Source of the DNA: a virus
Virus record (IMG/VR): IMGVR_UViG_3300016472_000940
Coordinates: 1 to 64,000 of that record
Direction: 5' to 3' (one strand)
DNA: 64,000 bases
Below are positions 35,569 to 45,300 of the stretch, in pieces (the first letter of the stretch is position 1; each line of letters starts with the position of its first letter). The notes under the pieces were generated by a model that was not told where the DNA came from, ran no database searches, and saw nothing but the letters and a program-made list of their open reading frames with translations. The position numbers and the translations under genes are program-made.

Positions 35569-38500
35569 TTACGTAGGCATTAATATTTTGTGGAATCTAT
35601 CAAAACTAGCAGTTGCATCCGTTTGTTGATTCCAATACCCATTTTGAAGCTCGGTCATTCTGCCTGCGGTCCATACGTTACCGTCTGAGGTTAAAATAAG
35701 GAAGTTATTTGTACTGAGATTGCCTGTATTTACGTCATGGCCGCCTCCCACCCTTATATCTACTATATCCTGTCTGTTAAAAGGTATAGGTCTAATTGTT
35801 ATGACATCAGTATCCCTAAGGGTAGTACCAAGGCCTAGATTACCATACCCGTTAAATCCACAACCATATAACCGATTATTAGATAACCAGAATATAGTAC
35901 TACCGGTCTCATTCCTACGATTATGAAAAATATTCTTAATTGTAATGTCAGTTGGCACACCAATTGCATTAACTGATCGAGCTCCAATACGAGCTGAAAT
36001 ATTGGGATATAAGTTAGTCCAAGCTGATGCATTAGTTGTCGTACCAAGCCCTAGCTCTCCTCTACTATTTCTGCCTCCAACAAACCATCTACCATCATCT
36101 AATCTAGTAAACAACGATGTAAAAAACCTTGATGGATAATATAGTTGTGATCTTGCATAGAAAACATTTGGGTGTGTACCTGGTACATTAAATGGTAGAG
36201 GCAATCCTTGTTGAGGTACATATCGAGAGCGATTTGTTGATGTGCCGTCTAATAATTGAGATCCGTTGTTTGCCCCTGCAGCTAAAAATCTACCGTTTGC
36301 ACATAAAACATATGAAGTGGTACCGGCATCACCTATACCATCTACTAATCCGCTAATCCAGGTAATATTGGTAAGAGGTACACCAGCGGCTGCATAAGAT
36401 TGAGTAAACGTAGAGTAAGATGTGCTTGTACTGCCGGTTGCATCTGACATATTACCAGAATAATTTGAACCAGAATGCCATACTGTACCGTCTCCACGAA
36501 GAGCAATAGTTGCATAATAATAGTAGCTATATACCGTACCATACGGTAGAAAATCAACAACATTTGTGTATCCCAACGCTTCGGGGTTTTGTAAGAGTAT
36601 TGATTGCGGTATAGGCCCAAAAGGGCTACCTCCCACAGTATATAAATCCACAGGAATAGTGCGATCGGTAGCAGCATTGCCATCACCTAATGGAGTCGCA
36701 TTATTCACCGTGCTATTACTAGCATAGCCTCTTCCCCACATGTAAAATCTACCCTCTGCATTCAAAGCACCAGCAAATGAAGTAGCGTTGGCCACCGCTG
36801 GCATCATCTTGAATTTAACAATAGGTGAATTGCCTAGCCATGCACCAGATATTTTTCTAAATGATGTAGAGTTTGATGTATTGGTTCCTCGATCGGTTTG
36901 TCCTTGACTTAATAAACCAACACCACCATACCCTTGTACCCATAAACCGCCTTTTTGATCTATAAATGCTGCGTTTTGATTTGCGGTATAAAGTCTTACC
37001 GGTATTACCGGGTAATAATTACAATCGTCATATTGTATAGGTATATATTGACACACTCTATAACCATCAGGCTCACCTGTACCACTGGCATTAGAACCTC
37101 TACCATGAGCCCAGATTTCATGATTTCTCGTTACAAACATTACATAATTGTATTCTGTGCCACCTAAAATACTTGTTAAATCAGTGTTTGGTAGTCCGTT
37201 ATTACTAATTAAGGGATAAACTATTGCACCGGTGCCGCCTCCCCCGGTTAACGTCATTCTACAAGGCGGAGCTTTACCCATAGGGTCTGTAGAACCAAAA
37301 CGACCACTTACATCGCTATAATGTGTATAACCTGCACCGGGGTGAATAAGTCTAAAATCTACTACTTGTCCGCCTGAAAGAATGGCTTCAGCCGAAGCAG
37401 TAATTCTATAGGTATAAAGAATGTTACCTTGATCATCTGCCATTATAGCATCACCGGTAGGTGGGTCAATTGTTACTCTCGGAGGAGTTGTGTAGTTTCT
37501 GCCCCCTGAAAGAATAGCGAATCCTAATACTTGACCGTAAGAACGAACTTTATTATTTTGAAAATATTCTACAGGTGCCCACGTGCCATCACTTCCAAAA
37601 AGCTTATTCATATCACCTGCACTAGGAGCGGGTAATACCCCCGGTGAGCCACCTGTGGTTAAATTATTTGGTTTTACTACATCAAGAATACCGCCACTAT
37701 AAATTACACCACCCGAGGCACTAAGAGAGCCCCTTACCATAACATCCCCGTTAAAACGCGCTGAAGGCTGTAGATCGGGCCTTCTTTGATCGACTACTAA
37801 TCCTGGACTAGTTCCGAAATTTACTACTGAGAGGGCGCTTGTCACAGTAATAGATGTATCTATATAAAGTAAATCACCATACGCGGTTATATTACCCATA
37901 ACGGTTAAACCACCACCCACATATAAATCAGAGAAATTAGTTTTTTGTGAAGTTACTGCACCATCGGCTAATTTTGAAGTTGTTACAGCGCCGTTTATAA
38001 TATGACTAGTATTAACAGAAAAAACCTCAGGTATAAATGTTGTATAAGGTACAGATCTTAGGTAAGAGATTTCTATTGCTGCACCGCTAGGGGGTGCCTC
38101 TGAAAATGTTATAGTATAATTATCAGGCATTATTGAGTAGGTGTTCTTATTTTGATAGGCACCATCAATATAGACCATAATCTCGTTAGTATCTGCAACT
38201 GCAGAAAGAAGGGCGTATGCAGTAACATTGTCACCTGCTTGTATTTGTTGTACTGGGATAAATGCATATATTGCGCTTAATTTTTCGTAAGTAACGGCTC
38301 CGTCCTGTATCTTGTCATTAGATACAGAGTTAGATGCTATTTTAGATTGTATAACGCTGTTGTCTGCTGGAATAGTTGTTTGTAGATTATAAAGAGAGCC
38401 CTTCACATATTGAACCTCTAGCATGCCAGTTCCTGCAGGGGGGATTTCGGTTAAAACAAGCGTATAATTATCGGAAAGATAGTAAAGACTTTTATTTTGA

Positions 38501-38781
38501 TAAACCCCTGAAACGAAGACCATTATATCGTTTGTTGTAGCTACTGCAGATAGAAGCGTAAATATTGTGCCATTTGGACCAGCTACACCAGTCGTATTAA
38601 AAGTTTGGTAAGGATAATATGCTTGGATTAAACCGCTTGCTCCTCCAGTTCCAGAGATACCAGATATATTACTTGCTGAAATAGAACCTGATACAGAGAG
38701 ATTGCCAAATATTGTGCCTGTATCAAAATTAATGTTAGCAAAACGGCTAACCATACCCGATTGGATTCTACGTAGAGGCAT
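35569..38781 (-). CDS. Tail fibre / receptor-binding protein with C-terminal RCC1-like propeller
   Basis: VF.SG.YQ modules, AVT..K repeats, G.N..G.LGLG RCC1 repeats; late promoter. Confidence 0.8.
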   Translation of the reverse strand: MPLRRIQSGMVSRFANINFDTGTIFGNLSVSGSISASNISGISGTGGASGLIQAYYPYQTFNTTGVAGPNGTIFTLLSAVATTNDIMVFVSGVYQNKSLYYLSDNYTLVLTEIPPAGTGMLEVQYVKGSLYNLQTTIPADNSVIQSKIASNSVSNDKIQDGAVTYEKLSAIYAFIPVQQIQAGDNVTAYALLSAVADTNEIMVYIDGAYQNKNTYSIMPDNYTITFSEAPPSGAAIEISYLRSVPYTTFIPEVFSVNTSHIINGAVTTSKLADGAVTSQKTNFSDLYVGGGLTVMGNITAYGDLLYIDTSITVTSALSVVNFGTSPGLVVDQRRPDLQPSARFNGDVMVRGSLSASGGVIYSGGILDVVKPNNLTTGGSPGVLPAPSAGDMNKLFGSDGTWAPVEYFQNNKVRSYGQVLGFAILSGGRNYTTPPRVTIDPPTGDAIMADDQGNILYTYRITASAEAILSGGQVVDFRLIHPGAGYTHYSDVSGRFGSTDPMGKAPPCRMTLTGGGGTGAIVYPLISNNGLPNTDLTSILGGTEYNYVMFVTRNHEIWAHGRGSNASGTGEPDGYRVCQYIPIQYDDCNYYPVIPVRLYTANQNAAFIDQKGGLWVQGYGGVGLLSQGQTDRGTNTSNSTSFRKISGAWLGNSPIVKFKMMPAVANATSFAGALNAEGRFYMWGRGYASNSTVNNATPLGDGNAATDRTIPVDLYTVGGSPFGPIPQSILLQNPEALGYTNVVDFLPYGTVYSYYYYATIALRGDGTVWHSGSNYSGNMSDATGSTSTSYSTFTQSYAAAGVPLTNITWISGLVDGIGDAGTTSYVLCANGRFLAAGANNGSQLLDGTSTNRSRYVPQQGLPLPFNVPGTHPNVFYARSQLYYPSRFFTSLFTRLDDGRWFVGGRNSRGELGLGTTTNASAWTNLYPNISARIGARSVNAIGVPTDITIKNIFHNRRNETGSTIFWLSNNRLYGCGFNGYGNLGLGTTLRDTDVITIRPIPFNRQDIVDIRVGGGHDVNTGNLSTNNFLILTSDGNVWTAGRMTELQNGYWNQQTDATASFDRFHKILMPT

Positions 38782-38855
38782 ACAGATTATTTATGTTCTA
38801 TGTTTTCATTTATAAAATTGTTGTTAAATATTGAAAAGAACTATAAATATGAAAT

Positions 38856-39728
38856 ATGGCGGCTATTAATTTTAGTAACTTTACACTGGCAACGCCAAGA
38901 TTTAGTGATTTTCTTGTAGGTTATAGAGGCACTTCTGAAATACGGACAACTATTAATTCTATAACCAGTTTAAATGTACCGTTTTTTAATAGAATAGCAA
39001 CCCTTACAAATTTGGCAAGTTCTTACAATAGTGTGTATAGTTCTTTCAATCAATTAAGTGTATTGTATAGCAACACGTATTTAACAGTAAATACTACGAG
39101 CGGTAATTGGAATAACACTTATAATTATGTTAATTCAACATCAGCTGATATAGATGGTACGCTTACTTATACCAAATCAATAATTACTGTTCTGGAAAAT
39201 GTCTCAGCTAATTGGGATTATGGATATTTTATAGCTGTGAGTGCTGTGCCTGCAATTAGCGCATTAAATGCAACTCAGGCTGTATTTCAAACAAGTAGTG
39301 CGCGATATGAAGGCGCGTACACAGTTGCAAATGCGGTAAGCGCTAGTGTAACTAGGCTGCAAACAAATTCTGCTGGCTGGGATGCAAGCTATAGTCTCTG
39401 GACTGCAAACAGTGCAACATATGATCATTACTGGAGTGTTGTTACTACTAATTCTGCAGGATGGGATTTAGCATATCTATTTTCACAGGCGGCTATACCT
39501 GCAGTAAGCGCGCTGACAAACACTCAGGCGGTTTTCCAGACTACCAGTGCAACATATGTTACATACAATTCCCTGTCTACGGCAAATGTGACTGTAAGCG
39601 CTGTAACTATAGTTAAGAGTCTAAGCGTAATTGGTGATCTTATTGTGTTTGCAAATTTACCAACATCAAATACTGGTCTACCTGCAGGCGCTATATATCA
39701 AGACGGTGGATTTCTGAAAATAGTATAA
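38856..39728 (+). CDS. Virion fibre protein with SA.W/Y repeats
   Basis: D.LVGYR N-terminus; repeats NSAGWD..Y; C-terminus LPTS..GL..G.IY.DGG.LKIV. Confidence 0.75.
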   Translation: MAAINFSNFTLATPRFSDFLVGYRGTSEIRTTINSITSLNVPFFNRIATLTNLASSYNSVYSSFNQLSVLYSNTYLTVNTTSGNWNNTYNYVNSTSADIDGTLTYTKSIITVLENVSANWDYGYFIAVSAVPAISALNATQAVFQTSSARYEGAYTVANAVSASVTRLQTNSAGWDASYSLWTANSATYDHYWSVVTTNSAGWDLAYLFSQAAIPAVSALTNTQAVFQTTSATYVTYNSLSTANVTVSAVTIVKSLSVIGDLIVFANLPTSNTGLPAGAIYQDGGFLKIV

Positions 39729-39886
39729 TATTATTTCTTTATGGCGGGTAAAGGCAGCAAACCACGGAACTGTTTTAGCGAAAAATTTAAAAAGAATTTT
39801 GAAGATATAGACTGGGCTACAAAGCAAGGCCAAGAAATAAAAAATTATAAAGTTAAAAAAGGCAAGAAGATTTACAAATACCCGTA

Positions 39887-40171
39887 ATGACATCTACCGT
39901 TGATAAGCTTTTAGAGCAATTAGAGTTATTAAACCAAAACTATCTCTGGATTATTAAAGAGGGAGAAAAAATTCTTAGTCAGATTAATAAAGCTATGGAT
40001 GTTGGTGATATGAATGCGGTAAATGTTCTAAGAGATAAATTTATTGAATTGGAAAATAGACATAATAGAGATAGAATAACATATAATAAAATTATAAGGG
40101 ACAGCCGGGAATATTTCAGAAAAAAATATGGCATAGATTTATTTAAATATTTTGAATTAGAAGATATTTGA
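39887..40171 (+). CDS. Hypothetical helical protein
   Basis: ORF. Confidence 0.6.
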   Translation: MTSTVDKLLEQLELLNQNYLWIIKEGEKILSQINKAMDVGDMNAVNVLRDKFIELENRHNRDRITYNKIIRDSREYFRKKYGIDLFKYFELEDI

Positions 40172-40198
40172 CTTGAATTTTAAAATTTTTTCTTTATA

Positions 40199-40393
40199 AT
40201 GAAAAAAATGAGCATACGAAAACTCAGTAAAAAAGAAAAAAGAAAATTAGAAAAAGAAGGCCGTTTACGCGATCACGTTGAAATTTGGGTTGACCAACAC
40301 AATCACAAGCTCGAATTGCTCAGAACGTTCACTAGTTTAATAGCTGCTGTTTGTTCGTCTGTTGTCTTACTAAAGTTGTTTCATATCATTTGA
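40199..40393 (+). CDS. Small membrane protein
   Basis: Basic N-terminus, C-terminal TM. Confidence 0.6.
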   Translation: MKKMSIRKLSKKEKRKLEKEGRLRDHVEIWVDQHNHKLELLRTFTSLIAAVCSSVVLLKLFHII

Positions 40394-40797
40394 AAATCTT
40401 TAACAAGGTAAAAGAAGTAAGCTTTGCTCTTCTTCAAGAGCATCCCGCTGACCATCGGTGTAGGCATTTTAGTTTTATTTTAGATGGATCGAAAATTTTA
40501 AAAATTGGATTTAACAGGAGTAAAACTCATCCTAGAAATTTATTGTACAACTATTGTAACCGTAAAGGCGAGTCCATGAGTACAGAAATTGGAATTCATT
40601 CAGAAATGGACGCAGTAATAAAATTTGGAGAGTCGGATTGTACGGGTTTGACTATGATTAATACTAGAGTTAATCGAAACAACCAGCTTGACCTAAGTAA
40701 GCCGTGCGCGGGTTGTATGGATATGTTGAAAAGGTTACATTTTAAGAGTGTTTACTATATCGACCAGCAAAAAATCTTTCGAAATATTTCGTTTTAA
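40390..40797 (+). CDS. Zn-dependent cytidine/dCMP deaminase-like protein (TTG start)
   Basis: H......G.N..KTHP, HSE (HxE), SKPCAGC (PCxxC). Confidence 0.85.
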   Translation: MKIFNKVKEVSFALLQEHPADHRCRHFSFILDGSKILKIGFNRSKTHPRNLLYNYCNRKGESMSTEIGIHSEMDAVIKFGESDCTGLTMINTRVNRNNQLDLSKPCAGCMDMLKRLHFKSVYYIDQQKIFRNISF

Positions 40798-42353
40798 ATA
40801 AATTCACACTCAGCAACATAATGTCCTAATAGAGTGTAGGCTGCTGCAACGCTTGTTGTGCATGTTGCGGTAAATCCATTTCTTCCTACATAGATGTATG
40901 AGGCAACATAATCTGTTGCATTTTGTGCATCATATATTCTGTTTATTGCAGAGGTATTTGTACTGTATACAGCAACTGAACCACCTACAGTAGGTAAAGC
41001 AGGTATAGCTCGTTTTTGTGTCATAAATCGTATAGGTAAGGAACCGGTATGCGCTGCATTAGAAATGCCATCTATAGCATTATATACTGCCCCTTGTGTG
41101 GTGTTCGTTGGAACAGGTGTATTTAAATTATAGCTTTTCTCATAATATCTTTGACACATTTCAAGCTCTAATGATAGTGGTCTGTGTTCGTAGGGAGTTG
41201 GTGTCCAGCTTCGCTCAAGTTGAATACCTGTTATGTAGACGAAATCGTCATTAAATGATCCACCAACTGGGCCGCCAGGCGGGCGGAGAGATGTCGCTGA
41301 TGGTGTCCAAGAAAATGTAATTCCTAGTTGTGTAACATCCGGTCTAATATATGTGTTAAAGCTATACCTTTTCCATGTTGGTTCTAGGATAGCATTTGCA
41401 TTAATAGCTGTAAGCCCGTTTGTCCAGCTAGCACTAAGCATGCTAGTCGCGAGCTGATCTTCACCAGCTCCAGTATACAGCTTTACATTTAATGCAGAGT
41501 TTTCAGAACTAAATGTGGTACCACACCTAGCAAAAAATGATAAGCATGCTGGAGAATTTTGAAAAGGTACTGAATGTATAGATTCAACGACTTGACCTAA
41601 GACTAGCCGGCCTGATGCGGTGCCTCCGGGTACCCTGCCCCATCGCAAGCAGCTTTGAAACCCAGAAAGGCCTGGCTGCCATGTCGATACACTTTCCCGA
41701 CGAGTTGTAACATCAACTTGCCCTTCCTGGAAAGAGAAAAATCTATCAACTGTAGTGTAGCGTGGATAATTGCTACCTACTGCTGCTGACACAGCGCGTT
41801 GAGCTACATTCATAGCGCCATTTATTATAGCATTTCTAAAGCTAAAAAGAACACTTGTTGTAGGGTGTACATTTTGTATAGCTACTGCTTCAACGGCTAG
41901 TTTTTCTTGAGTCACAGCACTTATTTCTATATGCCGTGTTTGTACAGAAGATAAAGCCATTAAGTCATTTGTAATAGCGGAAAGCTGTATATTAATTGTT
42001 CGTACGGAATCTGCAGCCATTTTTTCCCACGTCACAGCACTTACATCAATATGTCGGGTTTGAATTGCAGTTAATGCCATTAATTCGGTTGTTATCGCGG
42101 ACAAAGCAATTTTATCGGTTGTTATTGAGACTGGTGCAATTTTTGGTGTTGTAACAACAAGGGGTCCTAAATGTCGGGTCTGGACTGCAGTTAAAGCTAA
42201 ATTGTTTACAGTAACTGCAGATAGAGCAATCTTGGGTGTCGTTACATTTAGATCTGCAATCTTTATAGTGGTGACACAACCTGCAGACAATGAATTAGTT
42301 GTAACTGCTTCACCATCAATAAGCCCTTGCCGTACTTTGCCGATCGATCCCAT
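40794..42353 (-). CDS. Tail fibre protein with 10-aa VTT.KIA.SA repeats and C-terminal carbohydrate-binding-like domain
   Basis: Repeats; RN.IING.M.V.QR, DRF, ITGIQLE..TPYEHRP...EL..CQRYY. Confidence 0.8.
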   Translation of the reverse strand: MGSIGKVRQGLIDGEAVTTNSLSAGCVTTIKIADLNVTTPKIALSAVTVNNLALTAVQTRHLGPLVVTTPKIAPVSITTDKIALSAITTELMALTAIQTRHIDVSAVTWEKMAADSVRTINIQLSAITNDLMALSSVQTRHIEISAVTQEKLAVEAVAIQNVHPTTSVLFSFRNAIINGAMNVAQRAVSAAVGSNYPRYTTVDRFFSFQEGQVDVTTRRESVSTWQPGLSGFQSCLRWGRVPGGTASGRLVLGQVVESIHSVPFQNSPACLSFFARCGTTFSSENSALNVKLYTGAGEDQLATSMLSASWTNGLTAINANAILEPTWKRYSFNTYIRPDVTQLGITFSWTPSATSLRPPGGPVGGSFNDDFVYITGIQLERSWTPTPYEHRPLSLELEMCQRYYEKSYNLNTPVPTNTTQGAVYNAIDGISNAAHTGSLPIRFMTQKRAIPALPTVGGSVAVYSTNTSAINRIYDAQNATDYVASYIYVGRNGFTATCTTSVAAAYTLLGHYVAECEFI

Positions 42354-42367
42354 ATATTACTTATTTA

Positions 42368-45300
42368 TTAACACCCTCGCGCGAATCTGTATGGTATTTC
42401 TGCAAAAGCGCAATATATGAATGTTTCTGCATTAGTATTAGTCTCAGAAGCTGTAGATCTAATCTTAAATCCGTTTCCGTAGAAGTCAATTACGGGGCCT
42501 TGAGGGTTTGTATAGTAAGAATTTTCTGTAATTGAGGTGTTATATATCTCATAATCGTAGCCGTTAGAGGTAGTTCTTGCAGTATCCTTGATAACCCAAA
42601 GTCGCCCGGCTGCACGGCTTTTAAGTATTATTAATCTTGGTTTAAATCCACAATACACAAAAGGACCATCTGTATTTCCATTTCCAACATATGAACCAAA
42701 CTTAGAATAGCCTGTAACTTCACACCAAGCATATCCAATATATTGTCCGTTCAATCTGTTTACACCGGCTTGATCGCCTAAGGTAATTACATTACTATTG
42801 GCTTTTGTTGTGTTCCATGTCGACCCGGTGCCAGTTGTTTCAACGGAAACAGCGTCTGTTAGATTAAACTTTGCAACTTCATTGTTAGCAAAAGCAATAT
42901 GCTGTACCCACCAATTATTATTAGCAAATCCAAGATTTGCGCTTAATCCTTTAACTATAATAAAAGATGGTGGGGTGTCGAGTCCGTGGCCGATAGTAGC
43001 GCCAAATGTGCTATTACCGGTGTATCTAAAAATACTTAATCCTGTTTGTTTATTTACGTTTACCCGGGTTGGTATAGAACCGTTTGTATTCAGCTCGGTT
43101 GATTGGCCAGCCTTCCAACTCCAAGCCACGTAATCTAATCCTGGAGTATTGGCTGAAATAGTTTCACGTACTGTAAATCCATTTATATTATATGAGCTTA
43201 GATAGAATGTAGTGTTAGAAGAATTATTAGAATAAACAGTTGATAATAAATTATCCGCTCCGCGAACTACATCGTGTAAACCGTGTGGTTGAGTTGATTG
43301 AGTTCCTCTACTCTTTATCCACACCAAATCAGGTTGAAACGATATATTTTGTATTTGCTTGACTGGACTTTCAAAAGCATTTTCTGTGTTAATAATGCGA
43401 GAAGTTATAGCAGAGGGCGGGGTAAAATTAGATACATACTTAGTAAAGTTTTTATATACTCTTATATCTTGTATATAACCTCTATAATATTGTGATGCAA
43501 CTACACGGCCACCTATTGTAATAACACCATCTGCATTAGTTAAGCTTTCGGTCCTACCAGTTACAGTATCAATTAACCTACCATCTATATATAATCTAAA
43601 TTCACTATTCTCTCTTACGTAAGCAAAATGATGCCACATACCTGAGGTAGCAAGAACCCCTGTATCCCTAGACCAACTCCATGTACCGCTGGTACCAGCA
43701 AGCCAATACCAATTATTTACCCCAGAGTTAATTCCAAACCATATACCGTTTGCGTCAGTGGTGTTACTTGTATATACTATAGCTTGTGCGTTTCCTGCAG
43801 GCCCTCTATGCTCTATTGGGTAAACCCACCCTTCAACACAGAAATTTTGTACACCAAGAACAAACTCATTAAACGCAACATTATTGTATACAAGATTTGC
43901 AGTACTACCATTGAAGAATGCTGCGCTTGCATATAAGAAAGAAGTATCGGGATTTGCAGAAATTGTAACATTGTTGTTTACGAGTGGTTTTCTAGGTCGT
44001 TGACCGTTAGAAATAATATTACAAGCATCGTAGTTCCAAAAAGTAGGCATTAATTGATAACCGTTTAAAGGTAGCGCTAATTCTAATCCTCCTGCCAGGG
44101 GATCTGTATTGTAAATTACATTGCCTCCAGTATAAGCTGTAACATTAAATGCGCGGTTAATTTGATTCAATCTTAATCCTGTATTACTTGTAAGGGGTAA
44201 TACAGCTGTACAAAGCGGTCTAAATCCTGTAGGTGGTCTAAAAGCGTAAGGACGGGCACCAAAATTACAATCCCAAGTGCGGGTGTTTGCACCACCGCTT
44301 CCATAACATGAAAATACCGGGACATAAGCCTTAGACGTCGATAAGCCATCTAATGAGGTGAAAGCCGCGTTAATACCAGACACCGGGTTGCCATTTGCTA
44401 AAAATGTGCCGTTAACAGAAAACCATAAGTTTCCTGCATCTGCATCATACGCAACTCCTATTATATCATTTCTTTGTATAGCTTGTCTATGTAATACTGA
44501 AGATGTGCTACCTGTTTTCTTATTACCATCCTGACGAAGCATAAAGAAATCTGTAATAGTATTATTCATCCAATAATTTGTTGCGTTTTGCTGTATATTG
44601 CTTTCCTTTAATCCTATGGCATCAGCAGTGTTAACTGCGGTAGGTATGTATGTGGCTTCAAAATACCATTTACCTGTCTGTAATCCCTGTGTAGTACCTA
44701 TCCACATTTGGGAGGTGGATCCGCCAATATTTGCAGCTGCCATTCCGCAATCTAATTCGCCTGCAGCTGCATAACCGGTAACTGTAGGCTGTTGCCCTAC
44801 CCGCGGCCCTACTGGGTTAATAGTACAAAATGTACCTCTTACACCAGGGTCATATGTAATATCAACAATATCTGAAAACCCCGCGGGCGGTGTAAAGGTA
44901 TATGGACGTAGGCCAAAGTTAAATGTGGTACCGGTTGCAGCTGTTGTGTTATATAAAGATACAGCTGGTGCTAAGGGAAGAAGTGTTGTGTTTGTTCCAA
45001 GTCTTGTCCAAGCAGGAGTTGTACCTGCTGCAGGGTCACCACCTCCAAGCCAACCGGTAGAATTTCTTACCCATGCATTGCCGGTTTGCGCATCATAAGC
45101 AAAGCCTAATACTGATTGGTTTGCTATAGATCCGAAATTTCCAGCTGCAATATTAGTTTGATACCCTGGCCCCGCGTAAGGTAGACCTGCTGTTGTACTA
45201 TAACCATAACCGAACCCCTCAATAAGACCAGTATAAATTCCATCGGTATAATGTGAGCTAAGCGGTGCCATTCCAAATATGTTAACGGAGCCGGCTTCGG

